Source: Candidatus Moraniibacteriota bacterium (GTDB taxonomy: Bacteria > Patescibacteriota > Minisyncoccia > Moranbacterales > UBA1568). From it: DNA of 64,000 bases. Positions 18,895 through 28,197 of this stretch are shown one piece after another. The stretch is from assembly GCA_963743885.1 (NCBI GenBank), contig CAVURJ010000001.1:12949-76948 (forward strand). Reading direction: 5' to 3'. Below the pieces are notes generated by a model. It saw only the letters and a program-made list of their open reading frames with translations. It was not told the DNA's origin and made no database searches. Within the stretch, counting starts at the first letter, position 1. The number at the start of each line of letters is the position of its first letter. The position numbers and the translations under genes were made by a program.

Positions 18895-19290
18895 TTAATC
18901 GTTGTAGCACTTGTCGCAGCGGCAGCCCATTTCCTTGAGCGCCTCGAAATAATCACGGCCATAGTTGTAGTGGAGCTCTTCACCGGCTTTGATATTCTTC
19001 TTCGCAACGATGAAGATGCGACCGCGGCGGTTGATCGCCTCGCAATTCGGGCGGCAGGAATGGTTGATGTAGCGGGCGGTATTCCATCGCGGGCTGCCGT
19101 CGATATCCCAGCGACTGTTCACGTTGAAGATATAGAGGTTGCTCACCGTATCCTTGGCAGGAATGCGATGACCCACGTACTCGATGATGGTCGTCCCCTT
19201 CTTGATATCGATATCGGCGTACAGTCCGAGGCCCGCGCTTGAGCGCTTGACCTTGAGATGCTTCGGGTGCTCGTGCTTCTCTTGCTTCAT
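18895..19290 (-). CDS. SET domain protein-lysine methyltransferase
   Basis: GLGLYA, RYINHSCRPNC, ELHYNY and post-SET CRC. Confidence 0.93.
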   Translation of the reverse strand: MKQEKHEHPKHLKVKRSSAGLGLYADIDIKKGTTIIEYVGHRIPAKDTVSNLYIFNVNSRWDIDGSPRWNTARYINHSCRPNCEAINRRGRIFIVAKKNIKAGEELHYNYGRDYFEALKEMGCRCDKCYND

Positions 19291-19442
19291 ACGTTTCTTC
19301 GTCGTTTGTTACAGAAGAAAAGTATAGCACGAGTTGTCAGAAAAATCAAGCCTAACGAACCGACCTAGAAACAAAATCAGATTCTTCTAAGAGTTTCTCT
19401 TCTGCTTTACAGACTTGATAACTTTAAACCTGACACACTCAA

Positions 19443-20561
19443 TCATTTCCTCTCCAGCGTGATGACGACGATTTCCGGCGTATTACCCACGCGCATGGCC
19501 GGCCCCCAGGTTCCGACGCCGTTCGTCGTATAGATGGAATAGTCACCGATAGTGCGGAGCCCGTAGTCGAACCCGTGGTAGACGAGGCGCGTGATGAAAT
19601 TGAACGGATATTGCTGGCCCTTATGCGTATGGCCGGAGAGCTGGAGGCTCACGCCCTGCTTGGCAAACTCCTCAACGTAGATTGGCGGATGATAGAGGAG
19701 AATAATCGGCTGGCCAGCAAACCGCGGCTTGAGCGCGAGGAATTTCTCCGGCGTGCCATCGACGGTCCCGTATTCTGGACAACTAATTCCGATCACTCCA
19801 ATACCGCCGAGATCAGCCATCTCGCCGTCGAGAACCTGGATGCTGGTGTTCTGAAGAGCGTCCCGAGATTTTCCAACTCCGAGATACGTCTCGTGGTTGC
19901 CTGTGACGAAGAACGTCCCGCGCGACGGGCGGAGATCCCGGAGTGGGAGCACGAGATCATCGAGCATCCCATCCATACCGTCGAAGAGATCACCCGTAAT
20001 GAAGACCGCTTCCGGCTGCACAGCATTCACCTGATCGACAACCGACTGGAGGAAATCAGCCCGGTAGACGCTCCCGAGATGGACATCAGAGAGCTGTACG
20101 ACCCGCTTGCCCTGCCACTCTTCCGGCAAATCCTTGATCTCTACCGTGACTTCTTTCAACTGCGGATGGAAAGCGTTCCAAGCGCCGTAGATGGAGACGA
20201 GGCCCGCGATGACGATAAGCACTGATCCGATCACGGGCAGAGATGCCTCGAAGTGGACTATCTTTCCGATGAGGACGACCACCCACAAAGCGAGGAACGC
20301 GAGCACGAGATTAGTCAGGACCCCGAGCCACCACCCGGCGACGAGGTAGAGAAAGCGGATCGTCTGGTATTCGAAGAGATGCACCAGGACCGACGCCAGG
20401 ATGAAACTTATCGAGAGGAAGAGGAGCAAACCGAAAAGTACTGTCCGCTGCCCGGAAGAAAGCGCCGGAAATATCCTCGTGAGCGAGAAATACACGAACG
20501 CGTGCGCGGAGAGAAGAATCGTCTCAGCAAGGAGGAGGAAAATAATCATCTGGATACGCAT
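19443..20561 (-). CDS. Membrane-bound metallophosphoesterase (YkuE/YaeI-like)
   Basis: DVH, GDLFD, GNHE and SGHTH motifs after four TM helices. Confidence 0.93.
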   Translation of the reverse strand: MRIQMIIFLLLAETILLSAHAFVYFSLTRIFPALSSGQRTVLFGLLLFLSISFILASVLVHLFEYQTIRFLYLVAGWWLGVLTNLVLAFLALWVVVLIGKIVHFEASLPVIGSVLIVIAGLVSIYGAWNAFHPQLKEVTVEIKDLPEEWQGKRVVQLSDVHLGSVYRADFLQSVVDQVNAVQPEAVFITGDLFDGMDGMLDDLVLPLRDLRPSRGTFFVTGNHETYLGVGKSRDALQNTSIQVLDGEMADLGGIGVIGISCPEYGTVDGTPEKFLALKPRFAGQPIILLYHPPIYVEEFAKQGVSLQLSGHTHKGQQYPFNFITRLVYHGFDYGLRTIGDYSIYTTNGVGTWGPAMRVGNTPEIVVITLERK

Positions 20562-20568
20562 ATGGGTA

Positions 20569-20756
20569 AGTAACCGTTCAAAATCTCATGTCTCGAGAAA
20601 ACGTTCGGGTTTCGAGATGAAAACATTGAAGAGATGAGGAAGGCTACATTCGTAACCTGACGAGTCTTGAAAGGTTTTCAGCCGAAACCCGGATGTTTTA
20701 TCAGACAAGCATGATTCTTTTTTATTTTATGAGCGGTGAGAGTTTGAACGGTTACT
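20569..20756. mobile_element. 188-bp MITE-like element
   Basis: Perfect 14-bp terminal IR AGTAACCGTTCAAA/TTTGAACGGTTACT; inner IRs AAAACGTTCGGGTTTCG/CGAAACCCGGATGTTTT and TGAAAAC/GTTTTCA; non-coding. Confidence 0.75.
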
Positions 20757-20848
20757 CAAGTTATCTGCCCATATGGTAACACGAAGCCGTTGCGCCGGAA
20801 AACCGGGCCAGACCGTACTACGGAGGTAACCGCTAAGCATCCGGTACT

Positions 20849-21070
20849 ATGAACAAAGCCATCGCTGTCATCATCACGCTCGCCACGCTCGGAGCGGCCA
20901 CCTATCTCCTCTCCCGTAACTCAGGAAATGCCCAGACCGCGGCCATATCAGCGGATACCCAAACAGCCGGACAGACAGCCTCCCAGGCGACGGGAAACGG
21001 TAACCAGTACCGCTACGGGCAACAGAATACAGCCCGGCCAAATCCATCAGCTACCACCCAGACAAGCTAA
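20849..21070 (+). CDS. Small secreted/anchored low-complexity protein
   Basis: Signal-like N-terminus, Q/T/A/N-rich tail; terminator at 21078-21110. Confidence 0.6.
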   Translation: MNKAIAVIITLATLGAATYLLSRNSGNAQTAAISADTQTAGQTASQATGNGNQYRYGQQNTARPNPSATTQTS

Positions 21071-21123
21071 CTTGTCTAAAAAAAACATCCTCTTTCTGAG
21101 GATGTTTTTTGTATTCAACAAAA

Positions 21124-21438
21124 CTACTTTCCCGGTTTCTCGCCATCGAGACGACGGATCAGGTCGCGCATGTAGTACATGCCGGCGAACAAGAAGAATG
21201 CGGCGAGAAGCTTGACGATGCGGAGCGCGATAGCCCAGGCTGCGTCCTCGTACGTCACCGGCAGCGTCTCGAGCCCGCCTGCGACGATGAGGCAGACGAG
21301 TGCCACGGAAAGGAGCTTGTACGAGAGATCGAGCTCAAGCTCGACACGCCAGACGATGCCGATCACATAGACGAGCGTCACACACAGGAAGATACCCGTG
21401 AAGAGCGAGAGGACTGAGAGGATGATATCGGTGTTCAT
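21124..21438 (-). CDS. Three-TM hypothetical protein
   Basis: Hydrophobic helices; overlaps the stop of the upstream gene (ATGA). Confidence 0.75.
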   Translation of the reverse strand: MNTDIILSVLSLFTGIFLCVTLVYVIGIVWRVELELDLSYKLLSVALVCLIVAGGLETLPVTYEDAAWAIALRIVKLLAAFFLFAGMYYMRDLIRRLDGEKPGK

Positions 21439-22847
21439 GGTTTCGCCACCCCCTTTCTCTTCGGGCTGATGAGACCGATCGCCGCCAGATGGCGCTCAGT
21501 GACATGCCGGATATGATGCATATAGAGCCAGTATTCGCGGATGAAGAGGAGCAGAAAGAGGATAAGGAGTGAGAGGAGCAGAAAGAAGATCGTCCCCAAG
21601 AAGCTCGCCACTTCATAGTACGTCACCTCGGCGTTCTCACTGAAACGAATGAGCGGCCAAGCACGAATACCGATCACTGCCTCGCGGCTCACGATACGCC
21701 CGCCATGAGCTGCATCAATTCGGATACGGTACGTCCCAGGCTCGAGTGAGAGCGGCGCTTTCCGATCCATACGAAGCGATGATCGGCCGGAACCGTCGAC
21801 CGGTGCGCCGAGACCACGGATCTCTTTGCCGGACGCATCGAGGATGAAGCTTGAAAATACGGTCCCTTCAGGAAATGCCGCGCCCGTACTCACGATGGCG
21901 ATATCGAGCGGATCACCTTGGAAAGCGAATTCTGCACCATTGTTCACACGAATGGTGAATCCGATACCGATACCCGGAATGACACTCCCCGACTGCCCAA
22001 CACCAGAACCAGTGGCAGCATCCCCCCCACTACCGCTGCCATCATTCGCATCTCCATCACGCGTCCGGAAGATGAAGCTGTCCGTCGCTGTCCGGGACGG
22101 GTCATTCGGATCGGTGATTGTCACGGAGAGAATGTGATTGCCGTTCTCGAGACGAACCGGCGGAATCCATGAGAAGTAGCCGTTCCCATTGGCGACGATA
22201 TCCGCCTCTATGGAAGGGTTGGTCATAGCGATTCTGACAAGCGCATCTGCGATATTGGTCGTACCGGTCACCTGCGGTCGGGTACGGTCCATGACGATAC
22301 CAGTACGATCGGAAGCGACAGATCGGCCGCCGAGCGTCTCGATCGTCACAGTCGCTGGGGGCAGAATATTGGGGCAATCGAGCGCCGTCGCAGAGACCGG
22401 GGCAGAGACAGCACTACCAGGCGCCATCGGGCCATAGGCTGTGATGATATAGGCATAGGTCGCGTTGGGGACGACGGCCGTATCGACGTACTGCGAGACG
22501 GTCACGCCGGTCGAAAGTGGCAGGCTATCGCGCTCGATATCCCAGGTATCAGTCGCGGCATCATTCGCCCAGTCGAGATTGATACGTGGTGCGCCCGAGA
22601 CACAGACCGGTGTCGCTATGATGACAGGCTGCGCCGGCGGACCGAGCACGACCGCTGTGACAGTGATGATATCATCAGCGAGCGCCGAGATACGCTTGGT
22701 AATATCATTCCGGAAGAAATCCGGTCCGAGCGCGAAGCCGAAGCCGAGATAGGCGGCGAATGAGAAAAAGGCGGCCCAGAAATGGAGCCGTGCGAGCCGC
22801 TTGAGTGATGGAGATGACCGATGGCGCATAAGAGCGTATCTCGACAT
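21435..22847 (-). CDS. Surface protein with FN3/Ig-like domains and C-terminal TM
   Basis: YVDTAV.P..TYAY.ITA FN3-like segment; RP.VTGTT...NG.FSW...L..G.H.L.V...D Ig-like segment. Confidence 0.75.
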   Translation of the reverse strand: MSRYALMRHRSSPSLKRLARLHFWAAFFSFAAYLGFGFALGPDFFRNDITKRISALADDIITVTAVVLGPPAQPVIIATPVCVSGAPRINLDWANDAATDTWDIERDSLPLSTGVTVSQYVDTAVVPNATYAYIITAYGPMAPGSAVSAPVSATALDCPNILPPATVTIETLGGRSVASDRTGIVMDRTRPQVTGTTNIADALVRIAMTNPSIEADIVANGNGYFSWIPPVRLENGNHILSVTITDPNDPSRTATDSFIFRTRDGDANDGSGSGGDAATGSGVGQSGSVIPGIGIGFTIRVNNGAEFAFQGDPLDIAIVSTGAAFPEGTVFSSFILDASGKEIRGLGAPVDGSGRSSLRMDRKAPLSLEPGTYRIRIDAAHGGRIVSREAVIGIRAWPLIRFSENAEVTYYEVASFLGTIFFLLLSLLILFLLLFIREYWLYMHHIRHVTERHLAAIGLISPKRKGVAKP

Positions 22848-22901
22848 GAATTTTGAGATCCACTCTAGCTATTTTAGCACATATAACGACGTTTTGCGGC
22901 G

Positions 22902-23717
22902 TCAATGCGCGTGCCGGAAACGATAGAAGGCTGCTCCAGCAAAGCAGAGCGCAAGTAGCATAACGATCGTGGCGCCGGCCGGCAAATCGAAGAAGAACGA
23001 TACGAGGATGCCAGAAAAGACGGATGCAACCGCAAAAGCGACTGAGAGCGCCATCGCGCGCGAGAAGCGCCGAGCCGCCTGAAGCGCCGCGACCGGCGGC
23101 AGGATGAGGAGCGCCGAGACCAGCATGACGCCGACTACCTTGATCGAGAGGACGACCGTGATCGCCGTAAGGAGCGCGAGAAGCGTATTGATCGTCTTGG
23201 TATGTACGCCGCTGACCGCCGCGTATTCCTCATCGAAGGTCATCGAGAAGAGATCCCAGTACAAAAGGACGAGCGAGAGGAGGACGACTACCGAGAGGCC
23301 GACGGAAAGCCAGACCTCCCCTGCACCAATCGCCAGGATGTTGCCGAAGAGGTAGCTGAAGAGATCGACATTAAAGCCGCCGGACAGACTCGCGAACAAG
23401 ATACCGGACGCGATGCCGATGGCTGAAACGATGCCGATGGCAGCATCACCATAGAGCCGCGCCTTCTCGGAAAGCCTGAGGATGAGAACGGAGCCGAGCA
23501 TCACGATCGGAATCGCGACCGCGAGCGGATAGACACCAGCGAAAAGGCCGAGTGCAAGCGCACCGAAGCTCACATGCGAGAGCCCGTCGCCGATGAGCGA
23601 CATCTTGCGAAGCACGAGGAACATGCCGAGCGCCGCACAGGCGACCGCCACGAAGAGTCCCGCGAGAAAGGCTCGCTGGATGAAAGAATAGCCGGCAAAT
23701 GCGATCAGATCATGCAT
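22902..23717 (-). CDS. znuB: Zn/Mn ABC transporter permease
   Basis: LRKMSLIGDGLSH, YLFGNIL and FDEEYA..SG. Confidence 0.92.
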   Translation of the reverse strand: MHDLIAFAGYSFIQRAFLAGLFVAVACAALGMFLVLRKMSLIGDGLSHVSFGALALGLFAGVYPLAVAIPIVMLGSVLILRLSEKARLYGDAAIGIVSAIGIASGILFASLSGGFNVDLFSYLFGNILAIGAGEVWLSVGLSVVVLLSLVLLYWDLFSMTFDEEYAAVSGVHTKTINTLLALLTAITVVLSIKVVGVMLVSALLILPPVAALQAARRFSRAMALSVAFAVASVFSGILVSFFFDLPAGATIVMLLALCFAGAAFYRFRHAH

Positions 23718-24429
23718 AGTCGTGATGATGTGTGATGCGGTGCTCATGGAGGAATGCCTCGGCATCACCGAAATACGCGACTTTTCGATCGATCACGAGG
23801 AGCTTGGTCGCATAGCGGCCGACATAGTCCATATCGTGCGTCACGATAGCGACCGTGATACGCTGCTCGCGGTTGAGTGCCTTGAGGAGCGCGAAGAATT
23901 CCTCACGTGACTCCGGATCAAGCGCGGTCGACGGCTCATCGAGGAGAAGAAGCTCCGGTCGATTCACAAGCGCACGAGCCAGAAGCACGCGCTGCTGCTG
24001 GCCGCCTGAGAGTTCGGAGAATGGCCGCGAAGCGAGATCCTCCACGTCAAGGAGCGCGAGCGCCTCTCGAGCCATCACTCGGTCATCCGAACGGAGACGC
24101 TTCGGAAAAGAACGGTCCGCCATAAGCCCGGTCAGGACCACCTCTTCGGCGCTTGCTGGAAAGAGCGGATTGACGGAAACGTTCTTCTGCGGCAGATAGC
24201 CGATACGCGAACGGCCGGCAGCGAGCGGCGCCAGGTCGCCGAAGAACCGCATCTCGCCGGAAACGGTCGGAGTGATACCAAGAAGCGCCTTGAGGAGCGT
24301 CGTCTTGCCAGCGCCATTGGGCCCCGTGATACAGACGAACTCGCCCGAAGCTACGGAGAAAGTGACATCCTTCAGGATATCGCTTCCGCCCAGGCGGACC
24401 GTCAGTCCAATGACATCAATTGCTTGCAT
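23710..24429 (-). CDS. znuC: Zn/Mn ABC transporter ATPase
   Basis: GPNGAGKTT, LSGGQQQR and LLLDEP; His-rich tail; true start MQAIDV. Confidence 0.92.
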   Translation of the reverse strand: MQAIDVIGLTVRLGGSDILKDVTFSVASGEFVCITGPNGAGKTTLLKALLGITPTVSGEMRFFGDLAPLAAGRSRIGYLPQKNVSVNPLFPASAEEVVLTGLMADRSFPKRLRSDDRVMAREALALLDVEDLASRPFSELSGGQQQRVLLARALVNRPELLLLDEPSTALDPESREEFFALLKALNREQRITVAIVTHDMDYVGRYATKLLVIDRKVAYFGDAEAFLHEHRITHHHDYA

Positions 24430-24442
24430 GTATGTGCACTCA

Positions 24443-25387
24443 TTATCTAGAACACCCCAGACCCTCGCTGAGATGAGCGAGATTCTCTTCCATAATGGAG
24501 AGGAAGGATACGCTTCCATTATAGTCCTCTTTTGCGATATTGTGAGCGGCATTGAGAAGCAGGAGCTTGGCTCCGGTCTCTGAGGCGATAGTCTCGGCGA
24601 TCTTCGGGCTCGCGAGCTCTTCATAGAAGACTGTGCCGATATGCTCGCGCCGAATCTGCTCGACCATGGCCGCGAGATCCTTCGCGCTCGGTTCAGCATC
24701 CGGAGCGATCCCCTGCGCTGCCATGTATTCAAGTCCGTAACGATGCGCCAGATACCCGAACGCATAGTGTCCACCATAGACAATCGTCTTCGACTGACAA
24801 GAAGCGAGTGTTGTACGGTACTCCGTATCGAGCGCTGCGAGCTTGCTGCTATAGGCCTCGGCATTCGTCCGGTATGCTGTCGCATGTGCTGGATCCTTCT
24901 CGGCGAATGCTTCCGCTATGGATGACGCTATCTTGGCCGCATTGTCGAAATCGAGCCAGATATGCGGATCCATCGATCCAGCAGGTTCGTCTTCATCATG
25001 AAAAACACTCGCGATCATTCCTATCCCAGCGCTCGCATCGACGACACGCACGCCCCTCCCGAGAGCGGACGCTGCAATATCGACTGCCCACAGCTCCATA
25101 ACCTCTCCGGTGTAGACGAAGACATCGGACTGGTCGATCCTCATAATATCGCTCGGCTTCGGATCGAAGGCATGCGACTCAACCCCCGGCGGCAGAAGGA
25201 GCGCCACATCGACATACTCGCCGCCGATTGCCTTGGCGAAGTCATAGAGTGGAAACAGCGTCGTAACGACGGAAATCTTCTTCTGTCCGTCCTCCGTATC
25301 CGGCTGACCAGAACCGCCGAATACGACATATCCGCCGATGGCAGCTACCACTAGAATGACGGCTGCGATAATAAACTTCTTATCCAT
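24443..25387 (-). CDS. znuA: Zn/Mn ABC transporter substrate-binding protein
   Basis: GVESHAFDP, DPHIWLD, HYAFGY and AEPSAK. Confidence 0.93.
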   Translation of the reverse strand: MDKKFIIAAVILVVAAIGGYVVFGGSGQPDTEDGQKKISVVTTLFPLYDFAKAIGGEYVDVALLLPPGVESHAFDPKPSDIMRIDQSDVFVYTGEVMELWAVDIAASALGRGVRVVDASAGIGMIASVFHDEDEPAGSMDPHIWLDFDNAAKIASSIAEAFAEKDPAHATAYRTNAEAYSSKLAALDTEYRTTLASCQSKTIVYGGHYAFGYLAHRYGLEYMAAQGIAPDAEPSAKDLAAMVEQIRREHIGTVFYEELASPKIAETIASETGAKLLLLNAAHNIAKEDYNGSVSFLSIMEENLAHLSEGLGCSR

Positions 25388-25414
25388 ATCCCCTTCTCCT
25401 AAAGATTGATTACC

Positions 25415-25840
25415 TTATGAACACTTGCCACACAACCCGAAGAACTCAAACGAATGATCCAGAATTCTAAACCCTTCTTTCTTCGCGATCCGCTGTTCCT
25501 CACCGCACAAGCTCCCCTCTAGGCGGATATCACGGACATCGCCACACGAGACGCAGGTCAGGTGATGGTGATGCTCCCCGACAAGTTCATAAAGCGCGAC
25601 ATCGTTCCGAAGCGTCAGTTCCTTGACGTATCCAGAGCGTTTGAGTGATTCAAGCTCCCGGTAAACAGTCGTTTTGTTGAAGGCCTTCCCTGCGAGACTG
25701 GCCCGCTCGAGCAGCACTGCGACCGATACCGGCTTCCCTGCCAATTCGAGCGACAGAAGGATCGCTTCACGCGCCGCCGACCGGCGGAATCCGGCCGCCC
25801 GCATCTTCTCAAGGATGGCTGCGACTCTCTGAGAGATCAT
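25415..25840 (-). CDS. zur: Fur-family regulator (Zur-like)
   Basis: TTVYREL, HHHHLTC..CG and C-terminal CGKC; heads the znu operon. Confidence 0.88.
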   Translation of the reverse strand: MISQRVAAILEKMRAAGFRRSAAREAILLSLELAGKPVSVAVLLERASLAGKAFNKTTVYRELESLKRSGYVKELTLRNDVALYELVGEHHHHLTCVSCGDVRDIRLEGSLCGEEQRIAKKEGFRILDHSFEFFGLCGKCS

Positions 25841-25869
25841 ATCCCCTGCTTTACGGCTTATGTAATCCC

Positions 25870-25899
25870 ATATTAATGCAACCGAGTTGCATCTGTCAA
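25870..25899 (-). promoter_or_regulatory. Promoter with putative Zur operator in the spacer
   Basis: Minus strand TTGACA-18 bp-TAATAT; palindrome ATGCAAC-N3-GTTGCAT at 25876-25892. Confidence 0.75.
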
Positions 25900-26078
25900 G
25901 AGACAAGAAAAAAACCGCCTTAGGGCGGCACTCTATATATAGAGATATCAGCATATTTCTACCCCTCCTTCTTTCCATCCCTGTATCCTCCATCACTTAT
26001 CCATTATCTTTTATCTTCCCCGACTATTCCCCATCACTTATCACTCATCTATTATCTCTTATCTTCTTCATCTATCCC

Positions 26079-27365
26079 CTACTCATATCGAAGCGCTTCG
26101 AGGGCATGGATCTTGGCGGCACGGATAGCCGGGAAGATGCCAGTGACGAGCCCAAGCATGAAGATGAAGATAGCAATCGAGATGACGAAGACAGATGGCA
26201 TCTCAACAAAGTCCGTCGGCGAGACACCATACCGACCAGCCATCACGTTGATGCCGATATTGATACCCTTGGCTGCCGCATAACCGAAGGCGAGACCGAT
26301 ACCGCCGCCAAAGAAACTGATGAGGAACGCCTCGAAGATGAACATCTTGAAGATATCAGTACGCTTCGTCCCGAGCGCCTTCAGGATGCCGACCTCCTTA
26401 GTGCGCTGGAGGAGCGAGATACTCAAGGTATTGAGCATACCCATGGCGGAGATGGACATGATGATGACGCCGAAGACGACAAGCACAGCCCGGACGATGG
26501 AGAAGAAGGCATTGATATCAGCGACCGTATCGACGACGCTCTCCGTAACGAAGGCCGTCTGCTCGATACCGAGGCGCACCGGCTCGATGGACGCTTCATC
26601 CTTCACATGCACCTTGGCGAACTGGCCAGCCACCTTGCCGTAGCGCTTGCGGACCTCATCGATCGGGATATAGGCATAGACGGCATCATCCTTGGACTGG
26701 TCCCTCAGGATACCGGCGATGACGAGACGGCCTTCGGTAGCGATATCCGCTTCGTTTTTCGGCACCTCATCGACATCGGCAAGCATATCGGCCGTCACCA
26801 CGCCGGTGTACTCAATCTCCTTGCCCACTGCGTCTTCCGGATTGCCAAAGCCGAGGAGCTCGGCCAATTTCGGCGTGATAAGGATGGATCGACTTTCCGC
26901 GAACAGCTTATCGCGAAGCTCCTGAGAAGCATCGGATCGGGCCAGGTCGAGATAGTGCCGACTCACGGCATTGATGACGACATCCGTCTGCGCCTCGCCA
27001 TTGAAGAACTTGCCGCCGATTGAAGCGCGTACCTCTACCTGATCGATGCCCTCAATATTGGAAATGCGCTCAAGCGTCGTCTTATCGAGAAGCGCGAAGC
27101 TCTCGAGACTCTTATTGCTCACGTCGATGATATCGATCGGGTTGTTGTCGGTGACCTCGCGGATGACCATCCCCTGCACACCGAAGCCGAGCGAGATGAG
27201 GAGCGTGATGATACCGATACCAATGGCGACGCCACCAATGGTCAGCATCGAGCGCATCCGGTTCGAGAACATGTTGCGATACCCGATGAAAAGAATCGTC
27301 GAGAGACGCATATGTGCGAACGGCTCCGAGCCATCGCGACTGTCTTTCAGAAATGGGATCTTCAT
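26079..27365 (-). CDS. MacB/FtsX-family ABC transporter permease
   Basis: RSMLTIGGVAIGIG, QRTKEVGILKALG and PAIRAAKI.ALEALRYE; paralog of 620-1810. Confidence 0.92.
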   Translation of the reverse strand: MKIPFLKDSRDGSEPFAHMRLSTILFIGYRNMFSNRMRSMLTIGGVAIGIGIITLLISLGFGVQGMVIREVTDNNPIDIIDVSNKSLESFALLDKTTLERISNIEGIDQVEVRASIGGKFFNGEAQTDVVINAVSRHYLDLARSDASQELRDKLFAESRSILITPKLAELLGFGNPEDAVGKEIEYTGVVTADMLADVDEVPKNEADIATEGRLVIAGILRDQSKDDAVYAYIPIDEVRKRYGKVAGQFAKVHVKDEASIEPVRLGIEQTAFVTESVVDTVADINAFFSIVRAVLVVFGVIIMSISAMGMLNTLSISLLQRTKEVGILKALGTKRTDIFKMFIFEAFLISFFGGGIGLAFGYAAAKGINIGINVMAGRYGVSPTDFVEMPSVFVISIAIFIFMLGLVTGIFPAIRAAKIHALEALRYE

Positions 27366-28144
27366 ACGGTTTCTGTTCCAGTTTCACTCCTATCTTCCGA
27401 TGGCGTCTCTTCGCCCATATCGTCCTCGATCGCATCGATGGAATGCTGGTTGACGATGTCCGACGTGATCCGGCCATCCACCATATTAACGATACGCGAG
27501 CCGAACTTATACTGGTCGATGTTGTGCGTAACCATCATGATGGTGATGCCGAACTTCCTCGAGATATCACGAAGGAGCGTCATGAGCGTCTCACCGGCCT
27601 TGAGATCAAGGTTGCCAGTCGGCTCATCCGCGATGATGAACTTCGGGTTGAGGAGAAGCGACCGGGCGAGCGCGATACGCTGCTGCTGGCCACCAGAAAG
27701 ATCGTACGGGCGATGATTGGCCCACTCCCCCATACCGACGAGCTCGATCAGCTTGGCCGCATCTGGAATGCTCTCGTTAAAAGTCTTGCCGCCGATAACG
27801 CCCGGGATAGCGATATTCTCGATGACGGTAAGCGACTTGATCCAGAACGGCTGCTGCGGGATGAAACCGATATTTTTGTTCCGGAAATTCGCGCGCCACT
27901 CCTTGGTCTTGGCCCAGATATCATCCTTCTCGATGAAGACCGTGCCTTCAGTCGGATTTTCCAGACCGTAGACTGAGTGGAGCAGTGTCGATTTGCCGCA
28001 GCCGGACGGCCCGACGAGCAACACAAACTCGCCTCGATGCACTTCGAGGTCGATACCATGAAGCACCGCGATATCCTGCGTGCCCACATGGAAGCTCTTC
28101 TTGAGCCCTACTACCCTGATAACGACTTCCTTCTCTTCTGGCAT
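27362..28144 (-). CDS. LolD/MacB-type ABC ATPase
   Basis: GPSGCGKST, LSGGQQQR, ADEPTGNLD and VTH. Confidence 0.93.
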   Translation of the reverse strand: MPEEKEVVIRVVGLKKSFHVGTQDIAVLHGIDLEVHRGEFVLLVGPSGCGKSTLLHSVYGLENPTEGTVFIEKDDIWAKTKEWRANFRNKNIGFIPQQPFWIKSLTVIENIAIPGVIGGKTFNESIPDAAKLIELVGMGEWANHRPYDLSGGQQQRIALARSLLLNPKFIIADEPTGNLDLKAGETLMTLLRDISRKFGITIMMVTHNIDQYKFGSRIVNMVDGRITSDIVNQHSIDAIEDDMGEETPSEDRSETGTETV

Positions 28145-28197
28145 ACTGCCGATTCACCGATTACCCTCCTAAGTAACTGTCCACATTCTCATCGCCA

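Noticed and set aside
24430-24885. N-terminal extensions in the ORF track (znuC, zur, PaaX-like, giant Kelch gene)
   Set aside because: They overlap neighbouring genes or promoters; downstream ATGs match family lengths or promoter positions.
25887-27023. Long opposite-strand ORFs (also 7889-8881, 37059-38048, 50165-51040, 33559-34467, 61725-62696)
   Set aside because: These are antisense shadows of well-supported genes, expected with GC-rich codon bias; no recognisable motifs.
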